Below are positions 15,444-28,188 of a stretch of DNA of 64,000 nt, in pieces. A program made the position numbers and the translations under genes. The notes under the pieces are model-generated. The model saw only the letters and a program-made list of their open reading frames with translations, did not search any database and was not told where the DNA came from. The stretch lies in assembly GCF_009914755.1 (NCBI RefSeq), contig NC_060927.1; one strand, given 5' to 3'. This stretch comes from the human T2T-CHM13v2.0 reference genome, Homo sapiens. How positions within the stretch are numbered: position 1 is the first letter of the stretch; every line of letters begins with the position of its first letter.

Positions 15444-16274
15444 TCTACACTAAAGTGAAGTTTGTTCTGCAAGCTACTGGCTTGGTTAAAAAGGTTTGGA
15501 AACATGAGTGCAGTTCCAGTCATAACATTTAGACCTTCATTTCAATCCCATAATAATTAGCTTAAGTAATGTCTAAATATTTCTTTAAGCCACAATATCC
15601 TATTTTCAGCAACGGACTCTAAATCATAATGCACTGTATTTGCCTCTTTCTGACTTGGAATAAGTTCCCATGTGGAACAGTTGTAAGCTCCTTTGAGATG
15701 TATCAACTGCACCAAGATATAAAGTAAGACTGGCAAAAGGAAATATGTTTGAATCCCTGCTCTGACGAAATAATTCAGAAAAATTTTATCTATATGCTCT
15801 GCATCTGATTTAGTTCTGTGTTGGCATCTGCTTCTCATTGAGCAGAATCACCTCTGTTACTATTAAAAGGCCAAGAGCTGTCTTTGAAATTACAATGACA
15901 TGCAATTAAGAAGTTATTTCAGTTATCAGCATACAGTAACTCAACTAGCCATAGTTAAGAAAGTGTATAAATTCCAAAGACATTCAAAACATCTGGATTT
16001 GGATGCTTCTCCCTTTCCATAATTGATGTGTTAGCTGCTCATGGGTGAAAGAACATACAGCACATTTTAGGGACATCTGTTTCAAGTTAGGGTTAATTGA
16101 TTTCCATTCATGTCTTTCTCTTTTTTTGCCCAAAATATATCAGAAAATACAGATCAGGAAAAAAAATGCATTTCAAACAAGCTTTTGTATTTAAATGCAT
16201 GTATTAAGAGAGAAATATACAATTAATATAAAACTTCCTGGAATCTTTCACTACACTATGACTCAATTGTGATA

Positions 16275-16725
16275 ATTGTCCTTAAAATCATAACTAAGAC
16301 ATTGAGTAATTAGTATGTCGTCATCACTGTGTTTAGTAATTTACAATCATTATCTTTTTTTTTCTTCTTTCTTTTTTATTTTAGACAGAGTCTCACTCTA
16401 TCACCCAGGCTGGAATGCAGTGGCGATCTCGGCTCACTGCGATCTCTGCCTCCTTGGTTCACAAGATTCTCGTGCCTTGGCCTCCTGAGTAGCTGGAATT
16501 ACAGGTGCACCCCAACACGCCTGGCTAATTTTTGTATTTTTTGTAGAAACAGGGTTTCTCCATGTTGGCCAGGCTGGTCTCAAACTCCTGACCTCAATTG
16601 ATATGATTTTCCAAATGAAGAAAGGTAGTCAGAGATGGAAAGTAATTTGCCCAAGGGCACAACTCTTAGCAAAAGGAACAGCTGGAATTCTCACCTAAAT
16701 GGTTTGATACCAAAGCTCACATTGT
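16275..16725 (-). mobile_element. MIR split by a truncated Alu
   Basis: MIR tail piece 16275-16355 (attgagtaattagtatgt...cactgtgtttagtaatttacaatcattatct) and core piece 16602-16725 (ttttccaaatgaagaaa...gtaatttgcccaagggcaca...ccaaagctca). Confidence 0.65.
16356..16601 (-). mobile_element. Alu (S-type) lacking its 5' ~60 nt
   Basis: T-rich tail, right arm, linker and left arm up to ctcctgacctcaattgat. No clear TSD. Confidence 0.9.
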
Positions 16726-16884
16726 ATAATTGCACTAATGGGTTATAAAATGCAATAGTGACAAAACCATTATATGGCACCAATCCTGCTGTGTGCAAAG
16801 CCTTACATGAAGTACGTTCAAAAATTTTTCAACTTACGGAACTGACCACTTCACAGTCTGCAAACCATTTCATGACAAATTTTA

Positions 16885-17050
16885 ACAAGGAACTGGGACT
16901 GAATTTTTTCCCAGTAGTGTCCATGACTTGGTAAATCTGTAAACCTCTCTGAATCTGGGTTTCCTAAGGTAAGCTGGCTATATCTATAATAGTAGGATTG
17001 CTATGAAGATACAGGGTATTAATCTGTATTAAAATGTTTTGCATACACAG
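16885..17050 (+). mobile_element. MIR fragment
   Basis: catgacttggtaaatctgtaaacctctctgaatctgggtttcct...aggattgctatgaagat. Confidence 0.55.
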
Positions 17051-17401
17051 AAGAATAATTTCCTGAAGTGTTAAGTCAAAAACTTACTTCCCCAGAAATC
17101 GTAACAGATGTTTTGAGTGAAAAGAGTTCCAGGTCAAATTTGTTTGGGAAACCCTGCATTTTGCTGTAACTATTTACACCTACTACCCACCCACCCACCC
17201 CACCCCACATAGAAGACATGTGTTACCTTGTTTAAAACCTCTGCCATCCTTTTCTGGTAATGGGATTCATGCTATTGGGATATTCCTCCTCCTCTGACTC
17301 CACAGGCTGCTGGTGGAGCTGCTACTCACCCAGGAATTACAGTGGAGCAAATGACCTTATGTCCTGGAACATTTTACCTTGCTACAAGAATTGTGGGATA
17401 T

Positions 17402-17719
17402 ATCCAGGAGCAGTAGCTCACACCTGTAATCCCAGCACTTTAGGAGGCCAAGACGGGCAGATTACTTGAGCCTCGGAATTCAAGACCATCCTGGGCAACG
17501 TGGGGAAAACCCATCTCTACTAAAAAATACAAAAAATTAACCAAACATGGTGGCAAGCATCTTTAGTCCCAGCGACTCAGGAGGCTAAGGTGGGAGGATC
17601 GCTTGAGGAGGAGGCAGAGGTTCAGGAGGCAGACGTTGCAGTGAGCTGAGATTGCACCACTGCACTCCAGCCTAGGCAACAAAGTGAGACTGTGCCTCAA
17701 AAGAAAAAAAAAGGAAAAA
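17402..17719 (+). mobile_element. AluJb-like
   Basis: Full dimer with J diagnostics (ttgagcc, ctgggcaac, gggaggatcgcttgag). Small internal duplication aggaggcagaggtt. Confidence 0.9.
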
Positions 17720-18034
17720 GAATTGAAGTCTAAGACTGTGAACCCAGACCTGTTGATGGTCATACTCTGTCATTGCTGTAGAAATAAATTCATCTAACTT
17801 GCTTTTTGGCTTAAGCTTCTTTGACTTTGAGGTATGTTGAATATACTCTTTGTAGAGATTCACTATGAGAAACACTAGAAAATATTAGCAGATTTCAACA
17901 AAGTGTGGGTTTGAAAAATCAGACATCTGTCTCTAGGAGTATGTTATAAAAGAAGAAAAGAAAAATCAGACATATGAAGTGGAAATAAAGTATTATTAAT
18001 AATAAGGAAATTGACAAAGTATTCTATGATAATC

Positions 18035-18405
18035 TTTTTAAAAATTTTTTATTGATACATAACATTTGTACATTCGTATGGGGTACATGTGATATGTTGT
18101 TACATGTATAGAATGTGTATAGAATCAAGTCAAGGTATTTAGGGTACTCATCACCCCAAGCATTTATCATTTCTATATGTTGGGATCATCAAGTCCTCTC
18201 ATCTAGCTATTTGAAATATACAATACATTGTTTTTAACTATAGTCACCCTACTCTGCTATCAAACATTAGAACTTATTTCTTCTAACTCAATATTTGTAC
18301 CCATTTACCAGCCTTTCTTCATCTCCCCCGCTCCCCCTACCTCATCTCAACACACATCCTTCCCAGCCTCTGGTAACTATTGTTTTACTTGCTACCTCCA
18401 TGAGA
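18035..18405 (-). mobile_element. L1MA4/L1MA5-like 3' end
   Basis: tttattgatacataacatttgtacattcgtatggggtacatgtgata...aactatagtcaccctactctgctatcaaacattagaac...cccagcctctggtaac. Confidence 0.8.
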
Positions 18406-20283
18406 TTAAACTTAGTGAGGAAGGCATGTTAAAAGCTGACATAGGCCAAAAGCGAGGCCTCTTATACCAAGCAATTAGCCAAGTTGTGAATGCAAAAAAA
18501 GTTCTTGAAGAAAATTAAAAGTGCTACTCCAGTGAACCCACAAATTATAAGAAAGTGAAACAGGCTTTTATGCTGGTAGAGAGAAAGTTTTAGTGGTCTG
18601 GATAAAAGATCAAAGCAGCCACAGCATTCCCTTAAACCCAAATCTAATCCAGAAGAAGATCCTAATCGCTTTAATTCTATCAAGGCTGAAAGAGGTAAGG
18701 AAGCTGCAGAAGAAAAGCTTAAGCCTAGCAGAAGTTCATTCATGAAGCTTAAGGAAAGAAGCCATCTCCACAACATAAAAGTGCAAGGTGAAGCAGTGAA
18801 TGCTGACGTAGAAGCTTCAGCAAGTTATCCAGAAGATCTAGCTAAAATAATTGATGAAGGTGGCTACAATAAATAACAGATTTTCAACGTAGATGAAACA
18901 GCTTTAAATTGAAAGAAGACACCATCTAAAACTTTCATAGCTAGAGACAAGTCAATGCCTGGTTTCAAAACTTCAAAAGACAGGTTGACCCTACTTTTAG
19001 GTGCTAACTTTAAGTTGAAGCCAATGCCCATGTATCATTCCAAAAATCCTACAACCCATAAGAATTATGCTAAATCTACTCTGCCTGAAAGAGAAAGCCT
19101 AGATGAGAGCAATTCTATTTATAGTATAGTTTACTGGATATTTTAAGCCCACTATGGAGACCTACTGCTCAGAAAAAAAAGATTCCTTACAAAATATTAC
19201 TGTTTATTGACAATGCACCTGGTGATCCAAGAGCTCTGATGGAGATGAACAAGGAGATTAATGTTTCCATCCCTGCTAATGCAATATATATTCTGTAACC
19301 CATGGATCAAGGAGTAATTTGAAGCCTTATTGTTAAGAAATACATTTTGAAGGCCTTTAGCTGCCATAGATAATTATTCCCTTGGTGGATCTGGGCAAAG
19401 TAAATCAAAAACCTTCTGGAAAGGATCCACCATTTTAGATGTCATTAATAAAATGTGTGATTCATGGGAGGAGGTCAAAATAATAACATTAACAGGAGTT
19501 TGGACAAAGTTGATTCCAATTTTCACGGATGACTTTGAAGGGTCCAATATTTCTATGGAGAAAGTAACTGCAGGCATGATAAAAATAGCAAGAGAACTAG
19601 AATTAGATGTGGAGCCTAAAGATGTCACTGAATTGCTGTAATCTCATTATAAAACTTAAACAGATAAAGTAGTTGCTTCTTATGAATGGGCAAAGGAAGT
19701 ATTTTCTTGAGATGCAATCTACTTGCGATGATTCTGTGAACATTATTGAAATGACAACAAATGATTTAGAATATTCCAAAATCTTAGTTGATAAAGCAGC
19801 AGCAAGGTTTGAGAGGATTGATTCCAATTTTGAAAAAAGTGCTATGGGTAAAATGCTATCAAACAATATCATATGCGACAGAGAAATCTTTCATGAAAGG
19901 AAGAGTCAACCAATGCAGCAAACTTCATTGTTGTCTTCTTTTTAAAAATTGCTGCAGCTACCCCAAACTTCAGCAACCACCAGTCTGATCAGTCAGCAGC
20001 CATCAACATTGAGGCAAGACCCTCCATTAGCAAAAAAGATTATGGCTCACTAAAGTTTCAGATGAATGCTAGTATTTTCCAGCAATAAAGCATTTTAAAT
20101 TAATGTGTATGTATTGCTTTTTAGATATAATGTTATTGAATGCTTAATAGACTACAGTATAATGTACACATAATTTTTATTTGCACTGCAAAACCAAAAA
20201 ACTTGTGTGACTTGTTTTATTGTGATATTTACTTTATTGCAGTGGTCTGGAACTGAATCCACAATATCTCTGAGATATGCCTG
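18404..20283 (+). mobile_element. Tigger1 lacking its left end, decayed transposase
   Basis: Starts at transposase codons IKLSEEGM.KA.IG.K. Remnants [37 protein letters not shown]. Right TIR ...tctctgagatatgcctg followed by TA. Confidence 0.92.
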
Positions 20284-20510
20284 TATATAATCTTAAACAT
20301 TAAAATAATTCCAAAAATATGGATATTTGGAATGATAGCGTTTCATCCTAAGCCCAACTTGGTCTTCATCTAATATCCCATGTATCAAATTATAAAGCTT
20401 AATTGGTAGAGTCTGCACATTTAATAAGGAATACTAAACTGAATGGCATCTTCTGGTATTAACTCACATCCCCATTCTCAGTAGCAGCCATGAGTTTCTA
20501 GAATTGGTGA

Positions 20511-21050
20511 TGTCTGTTAACATGCTTTCAATGAAAGCAACAGAGGATGCTACTCAAAATAGCTCTAAACATTAGACAATGTATAACCTTGCATATCCAG
20601 AGGATTTTATCATTGACCCAGGAACTATTCAACTTTTCTTTCTAATTCCTCAGCTTTGCCCTCAGGCTTATCTCTTCCACCTAATTGCAAGTGGCTGTAG
20701 CAGCTCCAATTATTGCATTCTCATCCCTCAAAAAGACTACAAAACTGCGTATCTTTCCCTTGTCCCTCTTATTAAGTAATAACAGTTTTTCCAGGTGCCT
20801 CCCAACAGGCTTTCCTTTGTGTCTCATCAGCTGAGTTACATCATGTGACCATTTCCATTTCTATTACTGGAAAGATAAATAACTGGTTTAAACTAACCAA
20901 TATTTACCCTCCTATCGTGAGAGAAGTCAGACTTAAAGCAAATGGTCTCCCATTACTTCAACAACTCACAATTCTGTGTATACATGGAAGGAGCAGAAAT
21001 AGGGGAGAGCAATGTCTATCACAAGTACCTAAAAAATAAATGTTTTGGGT
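20511..21050 (-). mobile_element. Old MaLR LTR (MLT1K/L-like)
   Basis: tgctttcaatgaaagcaacagagg...ggctgtagcagctcca...aggctttcctttgtgtctcatcagctgagttacatcatgtgacc. Confidence 0.5.
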
Positions 21051-21417
21051 GCACAATTACAAAAAGAAAAAAAAATAAAAAAAAGAAAATGTAAGTTTAA
21101 AATAATCTCAGAGGAAAAATAAAATAGAAATTACCTTAAAATGTCAATAAATAAATATATTGCATTTTATATTGTCATTGGAAATTATGTTAAGGGAAAA
21201 CTGGTGCAGCTAAAAAGAAAATTTTTTTTGAAAAAATATCTTACAACAGCTAAATTAGGAGAAATGAGAGCTATATAAATTATCACAATTTAGTTAATAT
21301 TCTTCTATCCTGCCTGTTAAAATGGGCCTCCAATTGACATTTAAAAAATATGCTTAATTAGATTCACAGATTAAACTTTTCTACTGCAGTTAATTTAACT
21401 ACTTTCTAGGTAGATTT

Positions 21418-21755
21418 TATATATATATATGTATATATATGTGTATATATATGTATATATATGTGTATATATATGTATATATATGTGTATATATATGTAT
21501 ATATGTGTATATATGTATATATATGTGTGTATATATATGTATATATGTGTGTATATATATGTATATATGTGTGTATATATATGTATATATGTGTGTATAT
21601 ATGTGTATATATATGTGTATATATATGTGTATATATGTATATATATGTGTATATATATGTATATATATGTGTATATATATATACACACACACACATATAC
21701 ATATGTGTGTATATCCGTGCATGTATATGCATATATATGTATGTGTACTTATACA
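21418..21755. repeat. (TATATG)n/(TA)n-type simple repeat array, ~340 bp
   Basis: Direct reading. Source of six Y/I/T/H or Y/I/C/V/M ORFs. Confidence 0.97.
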
Positions 21756-22459
21756 CTTTTATGAAGAACTGATCCTGGTTCTATAGAAGGGGAGAAGCAG
21801 AGTCCAATATAGATTGATTTTGTTTATAAAAAGAATTTTTTACAAGATGTCTTTTATACACACCTGTGAAATATTTGTTGCTCTGTAGATGAATGTGTTG
21901 GCACTCTGCCCCACAGAGTTTTATATATTTTACAACTAAAATGTCTTCCTAATTTTTTTCATTAGATAAAACGTTTCCATGCTATAACAACAACAACAAA
22001 ATTGTCAGGGGTCTAACTGTGCTTCTCCATCCCCGCTCCTAAAGCCTATATTTTGGGAGCAGAAATTTAAAAAATGAGTGCCTCCTTCCCGATGTCAGAG
22101 CAAAAGCCAGATATCTCAGAGAGCAACTCCCCACAAGGGTGAGGATGTGGTTCACTGTGTGTACAGTGCATCAAGGCAATTTCTGTGCTGTTTGCTTTCT
22201 TCCCAAACCCCGTCTCTCTCTGCTCCTCAATCTAGATACTCATGCCCCCCAGAATTAGAAAACACTCTGCTTTCCAGCAGTCTCTCCACCATCACATATG
22301 GGCACACTCTCATGTGTGCTTAAAACTTTTCAGCCTGATATACATTTTCTATGGACTGAGGCTGCCTTCCATAGACTTGATAGCTACCTAGGCATCAGGA
22401 CTAAGAAGATACACATAACCATGGTATGATGTAAAAGAAGAATGATCCAAGCACCCTTT

Positions 22460-22860
22460 CATTATTATTTAATAAGCATTTATTATCTGCCAGGAACTAT
22501 GGATAAAGATATTAAGAACAGGTGTTCTTAATTAGCCAGGCATGGTGGCATGTGCCTGTAATCCCAGCTACTCGGGAGGCTGAGGTGGGAGAATTGCTTG
22601 AACCTGGAGGCAGAAGTGGCAGGGAGCGGAGATCGTGCCACTGCACTCTAGCTTGGGCAACTCCGTCTCAAAATAAATAAATAAATAAATAAATAAAGTG
22701 GTCTTTATACTCAAGGAGCATTTGGCTAGAGAGAAAGAGAGAAAATGATAAAAATAATTAAGTACAGGAAGATAATGAGGTGTCATGAAAGATGTACAAT
22801 GTATAAGTAGGCCACCAAGGAGGAATTCTCTCTGAGGACTTCAGAAAAAAAGATCAAGGG
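22460..22860 (-). mobile_element. L2 fragment interrupted by an Alu right arm
   Basis: tttaataagcatttattatctgccaggaactat...[Alu]...tggtctttatactcaaggagc. Confidence 0.5.
22529..22697 (+). mobile_element. Alu right monomer with (AAAT)n tail
   Basis: aattagccagggcatggtggc...cgtctcaaaataaataaataaataaataaataaa. Confidence 0.9.
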
Positions 22861-23956
22861 ATGATATTTTGTTCATTAATGATACAGGTTTACTATATCC
22901 CATCATTGCAAAACGAATGCACTCTATTAACGAAATCATAACTCCACATCTCTAAATAATCACCAAATAGACATAATGCTGGATTTACTCAGTCCTGCTT
23001 GGTTGCATAAGTTTGAAATTCACCTTCTTTCAAAGCAGTGTTTTTAGTCACTAATTTCACAATCTGTTAATAGTTTATCTGAAAGATAATAATGTTCTGC
23101 AATTGTTATTAATGAAAAGAGTTTTCTGTCACTGTTGAACAAGGAGTGATGACCCAAACCCAGGTTCAGTACACGCATGAGGTAGTCCACTGAGATCCAT
23201 AGAAGGCTTTCATGAAATAGACTTGGAATCTGTACATTTTGCCAAGAGGCAATGAATTGAAAGGTATGTCGTTTAAAGTCCTATTTACTCTGCAGGCACC
23301 TTTTTGACTCACTGCTAAAAGTACCCATAAAAACTCCTCTTGAGCTAAAACAGTTTAAGTTGTCAACTGCACTAAGGAGGCCATAATCCATGGATCATGA
23401 TCCAAACAGATAGTGAGAGCTCAGCCTGTCATATTGAAGCTTAGTAAGAAAATTTTGATTGTAGCTTGGTGAACTGATTAATGAACTAAAAAAAAATTCT
23501 TCTGAATTCTTAAAGGGGCTTCTCGTACTCTGAAAAGATTGATTCAGTCAATAATTTTCAATATTTACCCCAGCTTCTCATAAATATTTCTTAGCACTGT
23601 TCTTATCTAGACTAAAAACGAAACTAGTTCTTCCAGGCACCCAAAGCCACAAAGCTTCAGCTGTAGAAGGTCCAATTCAGTCATTCATTACCAGGCGCAC
23701 ATATAATGTGGTTAATCCGTCCTAATTGAAGGTTTTTTACTGCTTTTGCTTTTTCTGCAAACTTCCGTAGACTCATCAGCATGGTCCTGAATGAAATGTA
23801 TTTCTCCACATTGATATCTCTCACTCGTACTTGCGATATGCGACAGGTGGCAAATAATTTACAAAATGCAAAGAGATCTGTTGCCTAGTAAACAATGCCT
23901 GGGACTTTAACTTACTCATTTCCTAGTGTTGGGGATGTAGATTTGAGAAGTAATTA

Positions 23957-24472
<516 letters not shown>

Positions 24473-24589
24473 TCATATGGTGTGCCTGGAGTATAATAGA
24501 CCCTAGTAAAAAAATGACCTGCAGAACTATTCCAATTAGATCCTGTTGGCCCTTGAATCATTAATTCACTCAGCAAGTTTACATTCATT

Positions 24590-24767
24590 GAAGATTGGCT
24601 ACATAATTTTGGGGGGCTCAATTCAAAATGAAAATTCAGGGTCCTTTTAAAAAAGTATTAAGAAATTCAGAACAATGGCATCTGAGCATTAAAGCAAGAG
24701 TGTGCCCTTCTAAGTGCAGGATCCTGTGTAATTAATTACACAAGTCCCACTCAGAAACCCAGTCTTA
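24590..24767 (-). mobile_element. MER45A (hAT-Tip100)
   Basis: ggctacataattttgggggctcaattcaaaatgaaaattcagggtcc...tattaagaaattcaga...gagcattaaagcaag...cccttctaagtg. Confidence 0.75.
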
Positions 24768-24836
24768 TATTCATTACCTATTGTGCATTGTGTTGAACAA
24801 TGCATGGAACAAAAACATGAATAAGAAATAGTCAAT

Positions 24837-24960
24837 GGCCAAGCATGGTGGCTCACACCTGTAATTCCAACATTTTGGGAGGCTGAGGCAGAAGGATCAC
24901 CTGAGCCCAGGAGTTTGAGACCAGCCTGGGCAACATGGTGAGACCCCATTTCAACAAAAG
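24837..24960 (+). mobile_element. FLAM_C / free left Alu monomer
   Basis: ggccaagcatggtggctcac...gagcccaggagtttgagaccagcctgggcaacatggtgagacccc, then A-rich sequence with no right arm. Confidence 0.85.
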
Positions 24961-25189
24961 ATGAATAAGTTATCTTTATTAACAAAAATAAACATTTAAA
25001 AAATTAAAAATAAATAGATCTTGCCTCCAAGCAGTTTACAATCTAGGATCATACCTAAAATCTGTAAGTGTTGTTAATTACATTAAAAATATTCATTACT
25101 CAGGTTAGAAGAAGAAATGAAGGAGTATATCCACTTTGGCTACCTGGGAAGTGTATTCTCTCTATGGGCAATTCCCTCACACTATGTAA

Positions 25190-25872
25190 TGGACACACTT
25201 GTGTTTTTTATAAACTTCAGTGCATTTGAAAATGCTGTTCTTTATGACTGAACTGATTTCCATCGAATCTTTGCTTGGCTAATCCTGCCCATGCTTCAGG
25301 TCTCACAGTTTTACCAACTGAGAGATTGAATTAGATCGCCAGTTTCACTCTCATAACTCTCCAGATCTTGCCTTCCAAGTGTCTATCATAAGTTTTTAGT
25401 TTTATATTTAAGTTGGTGTTTTTTGTTTTTTGTTTTGTTTTGTTTTGAGATGGAGCCTCACTCTGTTGCCCAGGCTGGAGTGCAGTGGCGATCTCAGCTC
25501 ACTGCAGCCTCCGCCTCCTGGGTTCAAGTGATTCTCCTGTCTCAGCCTCCTGAGTAGCTGAGACTACAGGCACCCGCCACCACACCCAGCTAATTTTTTG
25601 TATTTTTAGTAGAGACAGGGTTTCACCGTGTTAGCCAGGATGGTCTCGATCTCCTGATCTGGTAATCCACCCACCTCGGCCTCCCAAAGTGCTGGGATTA
25701 CAGGCGTGCGCCACTGTGCCCGGCCGGTGTTTTGTTTTCATTTACTAAAAACTCCATGAATGCAGGGAAGCATCCTTCATTGCTGTTCACTGGCATCTCC
25801 CCACTTCCTATTTTAGGACTAGGCCCAGGGTGGCACTTAATAGGTATTTGTTAAATAAATATCATTAAATGA
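25190..25872 (+). mobile_element. L2 3' fragment interrupted by an Alu
   Basis: ...actaaaaactccatgaatgcaggga...tgttcactggcatctccccacttccta...ggcacttaataggtatttgttaaataaat. Confidence 0.6.
25423..25725 (-). mobile_element. AluSc/Sc8-like
   Basis: Full antisense dimer with gttagccaggatggtctcgatctcc. TSD ggtgtttt on both sides. Confidence 0.93.
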
Positions 25873-25970
25873 AAATCCTAATGGAAGTGGACATAAGCAA
25901 TAAGAAGTTAAAAGGGAGTAAGTGTAAATAAAAAGACTGAACAAACCTGTTAAGTTATTAGAAAATAGTT

Positions 25971-26313
<343 letters not shown>

Positions 26314-27751
26314 CTAGGAAATAGAAGGAATTGAAGTGCTTGGTGGGGAAGCCATATTGTAGAAGGAATTAAATAGAAGGAATTAAACTGCTTGATGAAG
26401 AAAGCCATATTGTAGAAATACTTGAGACCCTAATTGGGGAGTTTCTATGTCATTTAGTAAGTAATGAATGGGGAAGGTTGTTGTTAGACTTTTTTAAGCA
26501 GGTAACTGTTTAAAAAATATATATAAGAAAATACAAAATTGTATTTTGAACAGAAGTGCTTCTAAGCAACTTACGGGCTTGATTGAAGCGCTTTATGGGA
26601 GAGATGATTGTCTAGGCAGTATATTTAAAGAAAGTTAAGGCATGAATTTGAATTGAGAGAGAGGATTTGGGGAGGAGATATAGGAGCAAAGATGAAGACA
26701 AGAAAAATACTTGAAATTTTGTTAATAGAGTGATTTAATTTAGTCATCTAACTTGTCAGTTTTGGGGAAAATTAAAAAAAAAAAACAACCCTTCTCCTTT
26801 TTTTCTAATCTTCTGTTGAATTAATAAACTATTAACTACAGTACATTTGCCTAAAACAGGAACTTAAAAGTTGAGAAACATGCTTAAGTTCAGTCTACAC
26901 TAACGACATGCAAGTTTCATTTTCAGTCATGTTAGCTAACAGAACTGCAAAGAGAGACTAAATCTTTGATAATGTGTTTTTTGGAGTGATTTTTTAAATG
27001 GATTATACAAACGTTACCATTCACTAGAATTCATATTACTTAGAGGCATCTGAGCACATTTTGAAATGAAGTGTTTCAGCAGAGAAAGAAAATCCTCACC
27101 CCCACCAAAAAGAAAAAAATTGGGGATTTAAAAAAAAATTAAAAAATAAAATAAGTCCATCCTTGGAAAAGGCTTTTTTAAAATAAATTAGATGTATGAA
27201 ACAGAAACAAATGAAACAAAATTTTTTTGTGTGTTTAATCAGCATCTAAGAGGTTTATTAAATTGCCTTTCTAATGTTGATATAAGGCAAAAGTGCAACC
27301 ACTACTTCCATTAAAGGGAGAAAAAAATGCTAGAATAATGTAGAAAAGAAATTATTTCTGTGCACTCTATGATAGGCTGATCATTTCACATCTTGGCATA
27401 TTGCTGTTGAATGTGGCATGCGAAGTTGGACGATAGTAAAAAGATTGTTGAAACTCAACGATTACAGCACATGCTTTAAAACTCAAGGGTTTCTATTGCT
27501 GGGTTTGTGACTCAGATGTCATTCCTAATAGGGTTATTTTGTGTTGCTGCTCAGTTTTAAACTCTTACTACTTAATCTCTGAAGATGAATAATAGTCTAC
27601 TTCAGATCCTTCATCCATTTTGAGACTTTCTTTCAAACAAACTACACAAATGATAAATCAAACTAATGTATATTAGCAATCATTTATGATTTCAACATGC
27701 ATCCTATAACTGTACTGAGTGGTGATGATGAAAATAATAAGAAAATATACC

Positions 27752-28188
27752 TGTCACAAGACAAAATTACCACAAATTTAATTAAGATCTTAATTAGCTT
27801 TTACTTGTGATTCTAGCATCAGGCAACACGTTGTTTTATAAAATAGAATGGATGTTTTGATGAGCCAAGCAGAGAAATTTGGCTTTATAGACAGAAAAGG
27901 GCTGAAGAAAGAAGAAACAGAACAACAACAAAAAAAATGGATTGGTTGCTTCAAAGTTAAAGGTTAAAGTGAAGGGGACTTCCTTGTCATGCCCACTGAA
28001 ACTGGCCTGTTTGGGGATTTGAATATTATCTCTCTCTCTCCTGATTGCTTGGAAGGTTAGATAAACAACTTGGTTTCAGCTTGGTAGTATGGAGCTTTAA
28101 CGTGAATAATTCCATTTTGGTTTGGTCTCTTGGGCCTAGTACAGGAGCTCAGTTCAAACCAACGGCCTCCCGTAAATTGTATTTGACA
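27752..28188 (-). mobile_element. ERV1-class solo LTR (MER31/MER67/MER89-like)
   Basis: tg...ca termini. End reads ccattttggtttggtctcttgggcctagtacaggagctcagttcaaaccaacggcctcccgtaaattgtatttgaca, matching the shared 5' end of this LTR group. Confidence 0.7.

Noticed and set aside
18404-19945. Tigger1 transposase as a domesticated TIGD1-like gene
   Set aside because: Multiple in-frame stops and frameshifts. Only fragments under 100 aa remain.
21395-21786. Six overlapping 99-116 aa ORFs
   Set aside because: Translation of the TA/TG simple repeat.
23178-23195. tgaggtagt, resembling the let-7 5' end
   Set aside because: The match stops after 9 nt and I see no precursor hairpin.
23735-23786. Peptide LRKFAEKAKAVKN resembling the kinesin motor-end motif (LRFAERAKxVKN)
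   Set aside because: It needs a gap, the flanking residues do not fit a kinesin, and no other kinesin exons are visible.
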